64,000 nt of DNA from Eledone cirrhosa (Eukaryota), in NCBI GenBank assembly GCA_964016885.1, contig OZ024744.1:43028001-43092000 (forward strand). Reading direction: 5' to 3'. The position numbers and the translations under genes were made by a program. This document shows positions 25,260-40,089 of the stretch, piece by piece (the first letter of the stretch is position 1; the number at the start of each line of letters is the position of its first letter). The notes under the pieces were generated by a model. That model had not been told where the DNA came from. It ran no database searches and saw nothing but the letters and a program-made list of their open reading frames with translations.

Positions 25260-25780
25260 CCGAGATAATTGTGGATATAATTTTTATCTCTATGTTCTCT
25301 AATGTGCCTCTTTGTTCTATTTTGGCATGTTGGTGGAGTACTGATAAGTTTTTCCCATCCTAGACTTCTCGCTAGTGTTCACTTATCCTTTCTCCTATGC
25401 TACGGGATGTTTCACCTATGTATGTTATATTCTTACACTGTCCGTCAGTACATCTTATGCTATATACTACGTTCCTAGTTTTGCGATTTGTTTGAGGGCT
25501 TAGCTTGCAGACTATGCGTTTCCTATCAGCACAGGGGCATCTTTGAAATGAGTGTGTTTTGCTAATTAGGGTTTTTATGGGAATACCTGGTCTTTCAACT
25601 ATCTTAATATTTGGTTTGAGCCAGTCTAGGGCCCATCTAAATATGTAAGCTAGTTCGCCTCTAGGGGTTGTAGCGACGAACATTATACTCTGGTATTTAT
25701 TGCTATCATACCATGATTTTGCCTTATTCTTAATCCTCTCTATTCTGTTCCAAAATTTGCTCCTATACATGGGGAAAGTT
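25260..25780 (-). pseudogene. PLE C-terminal/GIY-YIG fragment
   Basis: IMFVATTPRGELA, IKIVERPG, NVVYSIRC..C..YIGETSRSIGERISEH. Confidence 0.8.
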
Positions 25781-25800
25781 CCATATATATATATATATAT

Positions 25801-26600
25801 GGCGGTATTGGCGCTGGCGGTAGTGGTAGTGGTGGTGGTGGTGGTGCGGTGGTGGTGTTAGTGGTGTCGGTGGTGGTGTTTTTTGTTGTGGAGTTGGTGG
25901 TGGTGTTGCTGGTGGTGGATTTGGTTGTGATGGTGCTAGTGCTGGTGGTTGTGATGATGTTAGTGTTGGTATTAGTGGTGGCTGTGGTGGTGGTGGTGAT
26001 GATTATGTTGGTGGTGGTGGTGGTAGTGGTTATTTGCTGATGGTGGTATTGGTGGTGGCGGTAGTGGTGGTGATCGCCCGCTGATGGTGGTTGAGGTGGT
26101 GGTGGTGATAGTGGTGGTGGTGGTGGTGCTGGTGCTGGTAGTGCTGGTGTTTTTTATTGTGGCGGTGCTGGTGGTGTTGGTGTTGGAGGTGGTGGTGTTG
26201 CTGGTGATGGGGATGGTGGTAATGGTCATGATTGTGGTGATGCTGGTGGTGGTATAAGTGGTGGTGTTGGTGGTTTTAGTTGTGGTGATGGTGATGGTGG
26301 TGGTGTTATTTGTGGAGGCGGCTGTGATGATGGTGGTGGTGGTGGTTTTAGTTGTTGTGGTGGTGATGGTGGTAATAATGATGTTGGTTCTCGTGTTAGT
26401 GGTGGTGATGGTTTTCGTTGTGGTGTTGGTGCTGGTGATGCTTTTAATGATGTTGTTGCTTGTGTTAGGGGTGGTGGTGGTGGTTTTGGTTGTGATGGTG
26501 GTGGTGGTGGTGATGCTGGTGGTAGTGATAGTGGTGGTGGTGGTAGTTGTTGTGGTGGTTGTGATTCTAGTGGTAATGATGACGATGAAGATCATGATGA
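25801..26600. repeat. (GGT/GAT/GTT)n low-complexity tract
   Basis: Degenerate trinucleotide repeat. Confidence 0.9.
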
Positions 26601-26602
26601 TA

Positions 26603-27192
26603 ATAATTGTTTCTACTTTTGGCACAAGGCCAGCAATTATGCCAGTGTATTACTGGTACTTTATTTTATCGACGCCGTAAGGATGAAAGGCAATGTTAAC
26701 ATGAACTCAGTCCGTAAAGGGACGTAACTGTGCGTCCGACCCTCTACCGATACTGCCAATCCACTGGTTTTTATATAGGCACAAGGCCAGCAATTTGGGA
26801 GGAGGGTAAAATCGATTAAATCGACCCCTGTAAGTTACTGATACTTTATCGACCCAGTAAGGATGAAATGCGAAGTTAACCTCGGTGAGATTTGAACACA
26901 GACCGTAACTTTATCCTGCAAAGCATGGTGTCTGACGCTCTGCCCATTCTTCCAATCCGCCGTCCTAAAGTAATGGTTTCTGATTCAACCACAAGGCCAG
27001 CAGTTTTAGTGGAGGGGAAAGTTTATTAAATCACTCTAAGTGCATTACTGGTACTTTATTTTATCGACCCTGCAACGATGATAGTTAAAGCTAACATCGG
27101 CAGGATTTGAACTCAAAACGTAAAGGGCCGTAACTCTCTACTGATAAGCATTTTTTCCAACGCTCTAGCGATTCTGTCAATCTACCGCCCGA
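26603..27192 (-). mobile_element. Three adjacent tRNA-SINE copies
   Basis: Three successive cacaaggccagca..actggtactttatt..gaactca..gccaatc units at ~26603, ~26770 and ~26975. Confidence 0.82.
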
Positions 27193-27473
27193 CAACAATA
27201 ATGATATTGACCTTAATAATTTTGTATAGAGAAAGTTAGTGATTGGTGTAGGAGTTACCTAATTTTACCTTTAAAAACATTAACTTCACACATCTATAAC
27301 ACTTCTATTTTCTCAATTACGCTTCTTTATCAATTTCCTGATTTTTGGAACAATTTCTAATTTATTGAAAAGGAGAAAAAAAAGTCTTATGTAGTTTTAT
27401 GTAATTTCTTCCAAATTAAGTTCACTGGAATATTAACTGTATATCTTTGTATCTACATCTATCTATCTATCTC

Positions 27474-27561
<88 letters not shown>

Positions 27562-27659
27562 TACATATATATATGTGTGTGTGCGTGTGTGTGTGTGTCT
27601 GTGTGTCTTTGTGTCTGTGAGTCTGTGTGTGTGTCTGTGTGTCTGTGTGCGTGTGTGGA

Positions 27660-30600
27660 GATAACTTCATCTTTGAAGATGATTGCCGTTAACCAATAAC
27701 CATCATCAACTCCAAATGTCGGTCCATGGCCCCTTAGGTGGCTTTTTACTTCCACCATTAGATTTTCACGATCTTCACTAAATGTGACAAACAAATGATG
27801 TGCCCTCTATTGGATTTATTGGGTCAGTTTGTGGGATGTCATCCTTATGTGCCCTCATATGCCTTTTAAGACCAGAGATTGATTTGCAGATCTTTTTGCA
27901 CACCACACATGTTGTGTCACCTAGCGTTGTAGGGATACAGTTGTAGGCGTTTCATGTGATTTTAAATGAGTGATATACCCAGATTTAGTGAGCAGTAAAT
28001 GACCACACACCTCACAAATCTACCTCCCTATGTTCTTATTGAGATTTATACTATGGCTTTTTCGAAGCTCACGTTTAAGCTTTTCATGATCAGGAGGTCT
28101 CTCTTCAAACATTCTGTAGCCTTCCCTCACATGTCCTCACCATTTACCCCTCTTTAAAGCAAACACTTCCCAGTTATGAACTTCAAACTGTAGATCTTTA
28201 AGGTTGTTTTTTGTGCAATCCTTATATCTTTTTCATGGTTTGTCCTGAAGGCGTTTCCCAGTGTGCAATTGACTGTAAAATATTTGTTTTGGGAGTCTTT
28301 TCTCATTCATGCGAACAACATGGCCTTCCTAGCGCATTTGAGAGGATATGGTGGTAGATTCAATGCTCGTGCAACTAGCATCTATAAGGATTTGAGTGTC
28401 CGGTATTTTTGTTACCATTTGATATTTAGGATTCGTCTTAAACGCTTTTGATTAAAGTGTTCAAGCAGTTAAGGTGTCTACGATATACTGTCCACGTTTC
28501 GGAAGAGTACAACAGACCACTCAGAATGTAGACTTTGTACACACTAATCTTGGTCTTGATATTGATGCCATGACCCGCCCACACTCGCTTTTCAAGTTTT
28601 TCGAAGGCTACAGAGGCCTTCTGAATGCGGAGGTGTATTTCTGCATCCAGTGAACCATCCTTTGATAATGCACTACTCAGTTAAACGAAAGTGTCAACTA
28701 CACCCAACCTAATTCCATGCATCATCATATTTGGCTCAATGTATGCTTCTCCTGGTGATGGGGTGAATATTACCTTGGTCTCTTTTAGATTAATTTTCAT
28801 ATCAAAGACATTACATGAACCTGCAAAACAATCCATGTCATCTTGAGAGTGAGCTAAAAAGACAACATCATCTCCATACAGGAGTACTTTAATTAATATT
28901 TGGAACACCATGGACTTGAAATTGAACCTTCTTAGGTCAAAATTCTTCCTAACTTGCAATAGAATACCCTTTGCACAGTCCTAGAATGCATGAGTCAGCA
29001 TCACAGCAAAACATATTGAAAGCAGTGTGGGAGCTAGGATATCTCACTGCTTCACGCCATCATCAACTGGGATTTTATTGGACAATTCTCCATTCAAGAC
29101 AACCCCAGCTTTCATATTTCTGTGCAGTCGGACGAACATATCAATAATCTTGAGTGGGCACCCTAATATCTTCCACAGTGCACCTCTGTTCACCGTATCA
29201 AAGGCCTTTGTCATTCAACAAAAACCTGATACAGAGGAACCCCTGCACAATATATTTCTCCTGAACCTGCCTTGCAGAGAACATCATATCAATCGTCCCT
29301 CTGCCAGATCTGAAGCCAATCTGTGATTCAAGGATAACTGTAGCACAAATGTTCTCCATCAATCTGTTCAACAATAATCTAGCAAGAACTTTGTCCACAG
29401 ACTCCAACAGAGTGATGCCATGGTAGTGATCACAGATTCCTTAATCCTCTTTAGCTTTAAACAAGGTCACCAAGATACCATCTATCCAATCTTGTGGTAT
29501 AGGAACTCCAGCCCAGCCCTCTGTGATGAGATGGAGTATTGTTTGTGTTATGTTCTTATCACCAACCTTTAACAATCCCACAGGGATTCCATCTGAACCA
29601 GGTGCCTCACCCGTGTTTAACTGATTGGTGGTCATTTTAACTTCATTACAATCTGGTAATCGATCCATTTTAAAATTTACTACATATTGGGGGATGCCAT
29701 CTAGCACATCATGAGCAACTGACGATGGATTATCAAATAAATCAGTGAAATTTTCTTGCCAACGCTTAAAGATTTTCTCTGATTCCTTGATGATGGCAGT
29801 GTCACCTTTGGACTTTATTGGAACAATAGACGAAGTTGTTGGACCATATACTGCACGCAAAAGACTATAAAACAGTTTTGAATACTTTGCGCTATAAGCA
29901 CTTTGAATATCTTCAGAGATCTTCAACCACCATTTATTTTTAAGCCTTCTTTGCTCACGTTGTAAGATGGCTTTATATTCTTTATATGTCTTTAATAGTA
30001 GTTAAATTCATAGGGTACTCTTCCAGAAGCATTTTTAGGCAGAGCATGTTTTTTCTTTCACCAGATTATTATCATCAAACCAGTCTTTATGTTGTTTTTT
30101 CGCCCTGAATTCAAGTTCTTCAACTCCTGCTATATACAATTGATCCCTAAAGTTTATCCACGTTCCATCCAAGTCAATATTATTCAAACGTTTATTCTAA
30201 GCCGCACGTACCTCTTGCTGTTTTAACTTTCCAACATCAATACGCTTCAGTGTTTTGATCCCACACATAGGAGATTTCTTTCCGAATATGTAACTTAAAC
30301 TACCCCCCGAACCATCTTATGGTCTATGTAGCATTCTGAACTACGCATGACGAGCACATTACAATCTATCACGTGGCCATCTTTTGACCTTGTGTGTATC
30401 CAGGTAACTTTATGTTTCTTCTTTTGACGAAATAATGTATTGCAAATTGCTAGGTTTAGTTCCCAACAGAGCTCAAGCAGCTTCAAACCATTGACATTCA
30501 TCTTACAGATGCCGTAATGGCCTAGTGCATCCCATGTCTCATGATCTCTGCCTACTTGGGCATTGAAATCACCAAGAATGATCACATTTTCTTCGACTAG

Positions 30601-30800
30601 AGTAAATGCAATTCTTGCACGAAGGGATTCATAGAATATATAATACTTTCTTTACTGGCCTGAAGAGTTGGAGCATAAACTGACAGAATTGTTGCACATC
30701 GCCCACATGCAAGTAAATCCGCAACTTCATTATATATTCACTGATTCTAAAGGGGCACTCTAAATGTTGTGCTAGAGTTTCTCAGTTATTGTCTGGTGAC
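27660..30800 (-). mobile_element. RTE-clade (BovB-like) LINE, degenerate
   Basis: APE motifs IILGDFNAQVGRD and KVTWIHTRSK. RT motifs APGSDGIP, QIGFRSGRGTIDMMFSARQVQEK, LLYGDD, KINLKETKV. Many stops. Confidence 0.88.
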
Positions 30801-31002
30801 AAGCCTAAACCAGATAACAAGTAATTACATCAACCGCAGGTTTTACTTCAAAGTTTCCGTCTTTTAGAAAAATACTGTAACAACAGCTCGGGGTCCTTCA
30901 CTCCCAGTGGATTTTCCTTTTACAAATTTGCGGGCCTCCACGCCCGCAAATGAGTTATAATGATTCGCTGACCTTTTTATACACATAGACCAGTGACTCG
31001 AA

Positions 31003-31059
<57 letters not shown>

Positions 31060-31279
31060 TACAATACACACACACACAGATACACACACATTTTTATATA
31101 TATATATGTGTATATATGTGTGTATATATATATATATACATACATATATATATATGTAGGAGGTGAGTTTTATTGTAGCACAATAAAGCAATGCAAATAT
31201 CGGATAAGTAGCACTCTACAGTTTATAGGACTGGAGTATAAATAATATAAGATCAAAAGATGGTTAAAAGAGTTCCAAG

Positions 31280-31350
31280 TATTTTATTATGCGCATTTCA
31301 AAAACAAATATCATCATGGGATGATATCTGCGTTCTCATCAGATAAAATA
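31280..31350 (-). ncRNA. Type I hammerhead ribozyme motif (family C)
   Basis: - strand: tattttat CTGATGA gaacgcagatatcatc-ccat-gatgatatttgttttt GAAA tgcgcat A ataaaata. Palindromic stem III ATGCGCAT. Confidence 0.87.
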
Positions 31351-31839
31351 TGGATACATGATATGAAGCTTAAAAAACACTTGTGAATAGTGAAGTTTTA
31401 AATCAACATATGAAAAATAATTTAAGATTGATGTATGAGATTGGGAAAAAAGTGAGGGGGGGGGGGGGGGGGTAAGGAAGAGGAGGAGATGAGAGTAAAG
31501 AATGGTGGGGGAGGAGTATAAGAAGGAAGGATGAGAGAGGAGGAGAGATGGGTGATAGAGAGAGAGATAGCCTTTACAACTGAGTTGTAAAGGCTATCTC
31601 TCTCTCTCAATCTTATCTATCTCTTTGACAATATATGAACAACCGTCCGGTTATGGAACCAACCAACCAACCGGAAATTTATAAATGCTTAAATTTATAA
31701 ATTTAACTTATAATAAATTGGAGTGAAAGCAACTGGTGCGTGTGTTTCTTATTGGCAACATGACCCTCCCAAAGCATAACAATATCGGTTTCAACATACG
31801 TTTTCAGATAAAGAATCTTGCTAAACAAATTCAGAAACG

Positions 31840-31876
<37 letters not shown>

Positions 31877-31952
31877 CAAAGAGTTATTTAATTTGATGGT
31901 TATTCATAACAGATTCGAAGCACTCTACAATTTCTTCTGGAGTATAATAACA

Positions 31953-32137
31953 ATAATTGTTTCTACTTTTGGCACAAGGCCAGCAATTACCCAGTGCATT
32001 ACTGGTACTTTATTTTATCTACCCCGTAAGGATGAAAGGCAAAGTGAACCTCGGCGGGATTTGAACTTATACCGTAGAGGGACGTAACTATGCTGGAAAG
32101 CATGGCGTCCGACTCTCTACCGATACTGCCAATCCAT
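31953..32137 (-). mobile_element. tRNA-derived SINE
   Basis: Same family as 5871-6062. Confidence 0.88.
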
Positions 32138-32180
32138 CAATAATATCAATAAATGGAAACTATCTTTATAAAACTATATT

Positions 32181-32241
32181 TATTTTATTATATATATTTT
32201 AAGGGTACCAAAATTTTGGTACGCCCTCATCAGATGAAATA
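32181..32241 (-). ncRNA. Hammerhead motif (family D) with core mutation GAAA>AAAA
   Basis: Nearly identical to 36076-36136 but with G12A, so probably inactive. Confidence 0.6.
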
Positions 32242-33325
32242 CAAAAGTTGTTTTATAAATAGTGACATATCCAAAAAACAAGAACTTATAGTTTTAAGTT
32301 CTGTTTGAATAGTGAAAGAAATTTCAAATCTTAGGATGAATATGTTAATGAGGCTAACGTAAAGTTGAAAAATATCGTTATATTTAGACGCTAGGTAAAT
32401 TTAAATAATTATTAGGATAGTTCTTTTAAGGGAAGAAGAGAGAGAGGTTAATATTAATATTAGGGTGTAAGAAAATTTAAGGAAAGAATATGAGAAAAAA
32501 TATATTATAATTATTATTAAAATATAATTGTATCATATCAGTGATGGTGCAAAGAGAGTGAAATAATTATATTTATTTATTTAATTATATAATTATATAT
32601 TTTGGTAGTATCTATAAAATAATATGAGAATTATAAATGTGTTGAAGTGGTAGAATACCAATTTAACATTTTTTTTTTAAATTGAGATATACAACTAATT
32701 ATTGGGTCTATTCTAATCGTTAGTATTAATATTATATAGATAATATTTATAAGTATATTTTATGAAGAATTAAGGTTGTAAGTATATTTTATTTTATTAT
32801 ATTACAACAGATTATTTATATAAATAATTTTGGTGAGTATATATGTTTTTATCAATAGATAGGTAATTTAAATATGTTTCATATATGTTAAGGGTTTCGA
32901 TGAATTTCTTGTTTACACTTTCAATATATAGTTAAGAAAAAGGAAGTAGTTCTGATTTTATTATAGAAGATTATTTTGTACATTCTATAGTTCCAACAAG
33001 ATAAGAATACATTTACAAAATTTACGAAGTTAACGAAATTATACAGAAAATTTAATATTTATGTAAAGTTTAGTTGTTACTTAAAGAAATGTGTAAGCGT
33101 GTTACATTATAAAGGAAAAGATAACTCAAATATTTGTTAGTTAAAATAGTTAAGTTACATTTGACGTTTAATCTAGAATTTACTTGAAAAAATATTCAAT
33201 TAAGATATATTCAAAATATAATTAGAAAAATTTTATATATTATTTTAAAGTATCCTATATTTCATATTTTCTAAGATAAAAATTATTTTATATATGTATT
33301 TAGATAGCATTACTTACATCTATGC

Positions 33326-33421
33326 CGAGGTTAACTTTGCCTTTCATCCTTACGGGGTCGATAAAATAAAGTACCAGTAATACACTGGATAATTGCTGGC
33401 CTTGTGCCAAATGTAGAAACA
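33326..33421 (+). mobile_element. 5'-truncated SINE with 17-bp TSD
   Basis: TSD attacttacatctatgc at 33309-33325 and 33422-33438. Confidence 0.88.
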
Positions 33422-36075
33422 ATTACTTACATCTATGCATATGTTAATGTCTATATAGTCTATTGGGAAGAAATATTACAGACATCAAATGTATATTCAG
33501 AAACAACATTAAACTATCACAAAAAGATATATTTCAAAATATCATTTAAAAAACCATTTAAAAAGAATACCATTTGAAAAATATCATTTAAAAAAAAAAA
33601 ATCACAAAACATCAACAAAGCATAGTGAAGACATATAAAATGTAAACAAGTGAGATATAGATAATATTTTCTATAGATTATAGATCCTTCTGAACGTTTT
33701 AGTTTGGCGATGTTTGCAAGAGTTGAATAACTCTTTCTTTTTATTAATAGAGTTTTGATTAGTAAGTATATGAAATATTTCCTCAATACACAAATGACTA
33801 TATTATTGTCTTTTAAGTACCAAATTAGATGTGAAAGTGATATTGAACATTTTTTGTCTGATCTATTAAATGTATGTTTGTGATTATACCAACGTTCCTT
33901 AAATTTTGTAGAAGTGGCTCCTATATAGTTATATATTTTATCTCTAGTTTTTACTCTGCATTTATATACTAAGATTTTATTTATCTAGACAATTATTCTG
34001 TAAAGGGCAATTTAATTCGTTTCTACAGTTACATTTTCTAGAGTTGTTGTCTATAGGAAGGGTACTTATTATTAGTATTAATACTGTTATTAGTAATATT
34101 ATTATTGTTATTTTGGTTCATTTGGTGTGGGTTTAAATTTAAGTTTCTATTATTAATTCTATTAATATTTTGTGCCATGTTGATAGTAGTAGAATAAGAT
34201 AGTTTTAAAAAATAGAGTGGTATCTATAGGATTTAGGAAAACACTTATCTAATGCTTTTAAAAATAGGTTTGCTACAGGTGTTTTAACTCCTAAGGAGAT
34301 TGGGGGAGAATACCAAATAATATTTCTAGTTCTAGTTCTTTTGTTTGATTTACTATTTATGTTAAATTGCTTATTATTATTACTATAGTAAATTTTAGGA
34401 TGATTTTGCATGTTATTGTTATCTAAGTATTTAATTTTATTCATGTAGCCAGCTCTATGTAAAACATCATTGTAATATTCTGCCTTATTTTCAAAAATAT
34501 TTTTATGAGCTGAAATGCGGGAAATTTGTTGTTGGACACTATTGACAATAGCATTTTTGTCATTTCTAGGATGGTTAGAATGGAAGCTTACATAGTTTAG
34601 GTTTTCATTAATCTTATGGAGAGGGTAATATAGACCTGAACTAATGTTTAAAGTGACTTCTAAGAAGTTAACAGTTTTATTATTCTCAATTTCTAATTTA
34701 AGGTTATAATTATTGAACATTTCTATGATAATTTTCTTTTTCTATTAAGTTCGCTATTGCTATGGTTGTCAATTATAAGTAACATATCGTCAAGATATAA
34801 ACCTCCGGCCATCTCTGGCATTTTTCTATGTAGTACATTAAAAATAAATATTCCAACGAGGTCAGTTACTTGGACTGAGTCAGATGATGCCATTGTGATA
34901 TCAAAACTATTCTGTCTATCAGCCCTTATCCAGAGATGGTTATTAAATTCAATTAGGGTTTTACATGCGGTTAAAATGATATTTATTTCATCACTAGATA
35001 AGTCAGTATGTTTTGAAGTGTAAATAAGTGCCCTATTCAGTTAGGTTAGGAGTAATTGAGGAGTATTAATTAGCAATATCCATTTGTATAAATTTTTCCC
35101 TATGTTTTAATTTAATGTCTGCAAACCAATCTATTACTTCATTTTTACCGTTCCATAGTTTAAGGTGTGATTTATGCTTAAGTACTGCTTTAATCCTATC
35201 TAGTATATGTTTGCTAATTATGCCTAAATCAGATTTAGATGGTGCGATAAATCTGACTGGTAGTTCCACTTCGAAATTTATTTTGTGGTCCTTCATATTT
35301 ATCTTCTGTTTCCTTGGTATGAAAGGTTCAGTCTTATTTTGAATACCCAATTTGTAAATAATTTCCGAAGCTTCTTTATTTAGGGTTGATAGATCTTCGT
35401 TAGATGTTTTTTTGTAATTCTTCCTAAGTTCTTTCAATATTAAATTATTATAATCATCCTTATCTATTCCATATAAATTGTTAGTTTTGTCGGATTTTAC
35501 GATGATTTTCTTTGTTTTTTTCAGGTTGTCTATTTTGTTTTTGAGGCCTTTGAGGTATCCCTGGCCTTTATATTTGTTCCTTTTAAATTTAACGTTCTAT
35601 ATTATGGAGATTATTTCATTTTCAAATTCAGCAAATAGTTTGTTGAAAGGTAGAACTTTCCTGGATTTAAAAATAATATCAAAGTTATATTTAGATTTAT
35701 TTTTTCATTTTCCGATTTCTTATCAAAATGGAAAGCGCGCCATCTGAGTCTCCTTATAAAATTATTAATAATAATAGTCTATTAATAATAATAGTCTATT
35801 TTTAACTATAATATACTTTTTTCTCATATTCTTTCCTTAAATTTTCTTACACCCTAATATTAATATTAACCTTTCTCTCTTCTTCCCTTAAAAAAACTAT
35901 CCTAATAATTATTTAAATTTACCTAGCGTCTAAATATAACGATATTTTTCAACTTTACGTTAGCCTTATTAACATATTCATCCTAAGATTTGAAATTTCT
36001 TTCACTATTCAAACAGAACTTAAAACTATAAGTTCTTGTTTTTTGGATATGTCACTATTTATAAAACAACTTTTG

Positions 36076-36136
36076 TATTTTATCTGATGAGGGCGTACCA
36101 AAATGTTGGTACCCTTGAAATATATATAATAAAATA
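36076..36136 (+). ncRNA. Type I hammerhead ribozyme motif (family D)
   Basis: tattttat CTGATGA gggcgtaccaa-aatg-ttggtaccctt GAAA tatatat A ataaaata. Confidence 0.85.
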
Positions 36137-36655
36137 AATATAGTTTTATAAAGATAATTTCCATTTATTAATATTATTGATATATATATATACATACAGA
36201 CACACTACTTTACAATGGAGGAGGAAAGAAAAGACGTGTCAGTGAGAGAGGGGGAAGAGGAGATACTACTACCGTATGTTAAACTCTCTCTCCCACTACT
36301 CCTCTTCCTCCTCCAACAACTCAGTCCTCCAAAACGAGGCAACAACTTATTAGAAATATGCATAAAGAAATTTCAAACAAAGCAGACGACAAAGCGCGTT
36401 CTTGATTGTTCTCCATTCTGTGCAGAAAGAGAGAGAGAGAGTGGGTATGGGAGAGAGGGTATGAGAAAAGAGAGAGAGAGAGAGAAATAAAGAAAGAAAG
36501 AAAGAGAGTGAGGGAGATTGGGGAGGAGAGAAAATGATAGCAGCTTTCGATAACCTTAAATTTTATTTATTCATTCTTTAGACACTTTAACTCTCTCCCT
36601 TACTCAACCTTACGTCTCTTTCTTTCTCTTTTTCACACAAGACGTACTCTGACTC

Positions 36656-36777
<122 letters not shown>

Positions 36778-37254
36778 TGTGTGTGTGTGTGTCCGGGGAA
36801 GTTACAATGTCCGCACACACACAAACACGCATCTATATATATATATATAAGTGGAAGCTTAGTAAAATCGAAGCTTTGGCTGTGACCAAGCGAACGATCT
36901 ACAATTAGGAATGAGCAGCAAAGAACTCCATAAGGTCTGGCCTTAGAGTAATAACATACGTTTAGACAGCTTGACAAATTGAAAATTGCGGCAGGCAGAC
37001 CTAGCTACATAATACCAAAAACAACGAAAACACTAATCAGGTTAAACAACTGACCTGGTCATATCGAACGATATTTTGCAATACGTTCGATAGGTTTCTA
37101 TGAAATCGAAATCAACCATCCAGCTTACGTGACATGAAAGCCTGTGGTATTCCATGATCGAACTAGGATTCACGGCGTCAACAGGACATTTCGTTCTATG
37201 CCTCAAGCCGGTGTGGACTAGAACATTGAACTGCTATCATTTGTAGCTCCCATT

Positions 37255-37304
<50 letters not shown>

Positions 37305-37370
37305 GGATACTTAGTAAAATCGAATCTCTGGCGGTTTGCAAGCAAATTCGGTCTATATGAATGAGTTAGC

Positions 37371-37448
<78 letters not shown>

Positions 37449-37527
37449 AACAGGTAAACAGAAATAACAACACAATCGGTACAGTATATGGAAGGATTAT
37501 ATTAGGTTAACCCTTTATATAGCAGGA

Positions 37528-37619
<92 letters not shown>

Positions 37620-37695
37620 CGAAGGAGAAGTGGTAAGGAACCAGGTGGACCATAACGCACCAAAGTACTCAATACTTAGGGTAGTAGAGTGGGTA

Positions 37696-37811
37696 ATAGG
37701 AGTAAGTAAGACCCCGACGGCTGAGCTCAAGCCGTTTCGACGGCTAATTCAGTACAGAATTAGCCGTCGAAACGGCTTGAGCTCAGCCGTCGGGGTCTTA
37801 CTTACTCCTAT
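37696..37811. repeat. Perfect inverted repeat (55-bp arms, 6-nt loop) of the 3' half of an HHR pLTR
   Basis: Arms 37696-37750 and 37757-37811 contain GAAACGGC..GCCGTC ggggtc, the same sequence as 60958-61003. Confidence 0.9.
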
Positions 37812-38824
37812 ATATATATATATATATATAATGAAAGAATGAAGAGTAACATGGTTGGCTGTACAACAAGGGCTTTATTTCAGGAATAATTAACAATTGT
37901 TTCATTGACCAGGTGAGTCTAGAGGCCGCTAATCGCTCGAAGTTGCGTCACTCGATCTCCATTACATTATTTACCTCTGATCAAATCCTCGGAATACAAA
38001 AATAATTCATACATGGCAAGATATATATAGAGAAATAGGGTATAATCAAAACAATAACATCAATAATAAAATATATGATAAATAGGTAAAGAAGTTACAG
38101 ATGTACAAAGTAAAAGATAAGAAAAAAGATACAGTAAAAAAGTAAAAGAATGGAAAAATAATAGAAATATAAAGAAATAAGGATAAGTGAGAGCATATAA
38201 GTACAGAATATGAGAGTGGTGGTGGTGACTAAGTGTCCGTATAAGGATGGTGTGGTGGATTTAGTGCTAACATGAAAAGTCATTTTCGAAACATACATAG
38301 ATACGTGCAGAGAGTCCGAGGTAGTGACAGATAAAAGAAAAAGCAATAAATTAGAGATTAATTGGGAGATACTAGTATGAGACCCAAGGGCTAAGGGTGA
38401 ATGGTGAAGGGAGGTTTGCAATTGTGTGTGGTAAACGTTTTGCTGATTGTCTTGTCTTAATGGGGTTGATGTGGTTTCAAGGAGAGAGGGTGGAAGAGCT
38501 GTTAAGAGATTTATGATCTAGTGACCAGTCGTCGCTTGACAGCTAATAGCGGTGTGATGGTATATATTCCATACGTTAAAATCCAGGTGGTTCGGTTCTT
38601 ATTTTGGGATTGCTGGCTCGAATCATGGTGGCTTGAAATTTGTGAATTTTATGCCTACATAAAATTGATCTTTCTATTTTACTGTTAAGCAGCATTTTAT
38701 CGTACCTTAAAATATAGAATAGCTCCATATTACAAAGTCCGCAGAGGGACATCCCAATTTGAAGAAAATCGGTTGCAAAGTGTAGAAGTTATGTGGGTAC
38801 GGACATATACTCACATTCTCAGTT

Positions 38825-38959
<135 letters not shown>

Positions 38960-39383
38960 GATCGAGTATCGAAAAATCGGCGCACGAGTTAACGAAAAAC
39001 GAAATCCGATATGAGCGGCAGAGGGCTCAATAATTCAGATGAATCAGAGCTATAACTATCGTTAAAATACCGTCACATATAGAACAAGTCTACAATCAAC
39101 CATACGATTTAAAATCGATAAAGGAAGATTCGGGCCAAACAGATAAAAAATATCAATAAAACAATACGTCAATAATTTAAATGAATGTAAAATATATATA
39201 TATATATTAGGTATAGGTTACTCTACGAGTTATGGAAGAATTGTTGCTCTGCGGAAACAGTGGTCACAGCATTGGATATTTGAGCTCTGCAAGTACTTGT
39301 GAATTTGCACATAGCATAACTAGTCTGTAGTACCACCGCGGAATAAATTACCTTTTTATGATGTCTACCTGTTATTATTCATT

Positions 39384-39519
<136 letters not shown>

Positions 39520-40089
39520 TATAAGGCTGACGGCCGTATGTAGGTAACAAACTTTCCGCCAATCTGATGGACCAAACAGCACCAAATTTGCACCATAATG
39601 TAACTTTTTCCAAGTAAAAAAATGAGGGTATTTTTCTCTACTGAATTTTGTTAAAAGATTAAAGACATTATTTAAACTTCAAATTTCAAATGTCAACACT
39701 TCCGGTCAACACTTCCGGTCAACACTTCCGGTTATACGTCATTTCACATTTTTTCCTATGACGTCGCACAACATTCCCCTCTTTTTCTTAGTCTGTCATT
39801 TTAGATAGATACATAGCTATAACGTTGCGCCCTTATAATATGTCTCTGTATGTCTGGCTGTCTGCATTAGATAACGTTTTTCGAAATATTTACTTCTGCG
39901 GTCACAAACGGATATTTTTAGTTTCAGAAGTTCCCGTTAAGGACGAAAGCAGCGATTCTTTGCTTAAACTTTAATCTGTTATTTTAATATATATATTCGT
40001 GTACAGATATGTTTACATACACAAAAACAAAAACCTATTTATTTCACGAAAGCACAGACGGCTTATCGTCATTGTTACTGTTCGAGGCT

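Larger units (their letters stand above)
32136..36181 (-). mobile_element. Penelope-like element flanked by ~375-bp inverted pLTRs
   Basis: 32136-32511 is the reverse complement of ~35806-36181. The internal - strand pseudo-ORF (~33700-35710) has KDHK..P.RFIAPSKSDLG, QMDIAN, VNFLEVTL, SNHP, IIWYSPP and a GIY-YIG region. Confidence 0.9.

Noticed and set aside
25972-26625. Thr-rich mucin-like ORF
   Set aside because: It is a trinucleotide low-complexity tract whose start codon lies inside a SINE.
37887-38005. Hammerhead-like motif on the - strand (CCGAGGA..GAAACAATTGTT)
   Set aside because: Stem II base and palindromic stem III are good, but U4 is mutated and stem I is only ~3 bp. Probably a decayed HHR, so not called.
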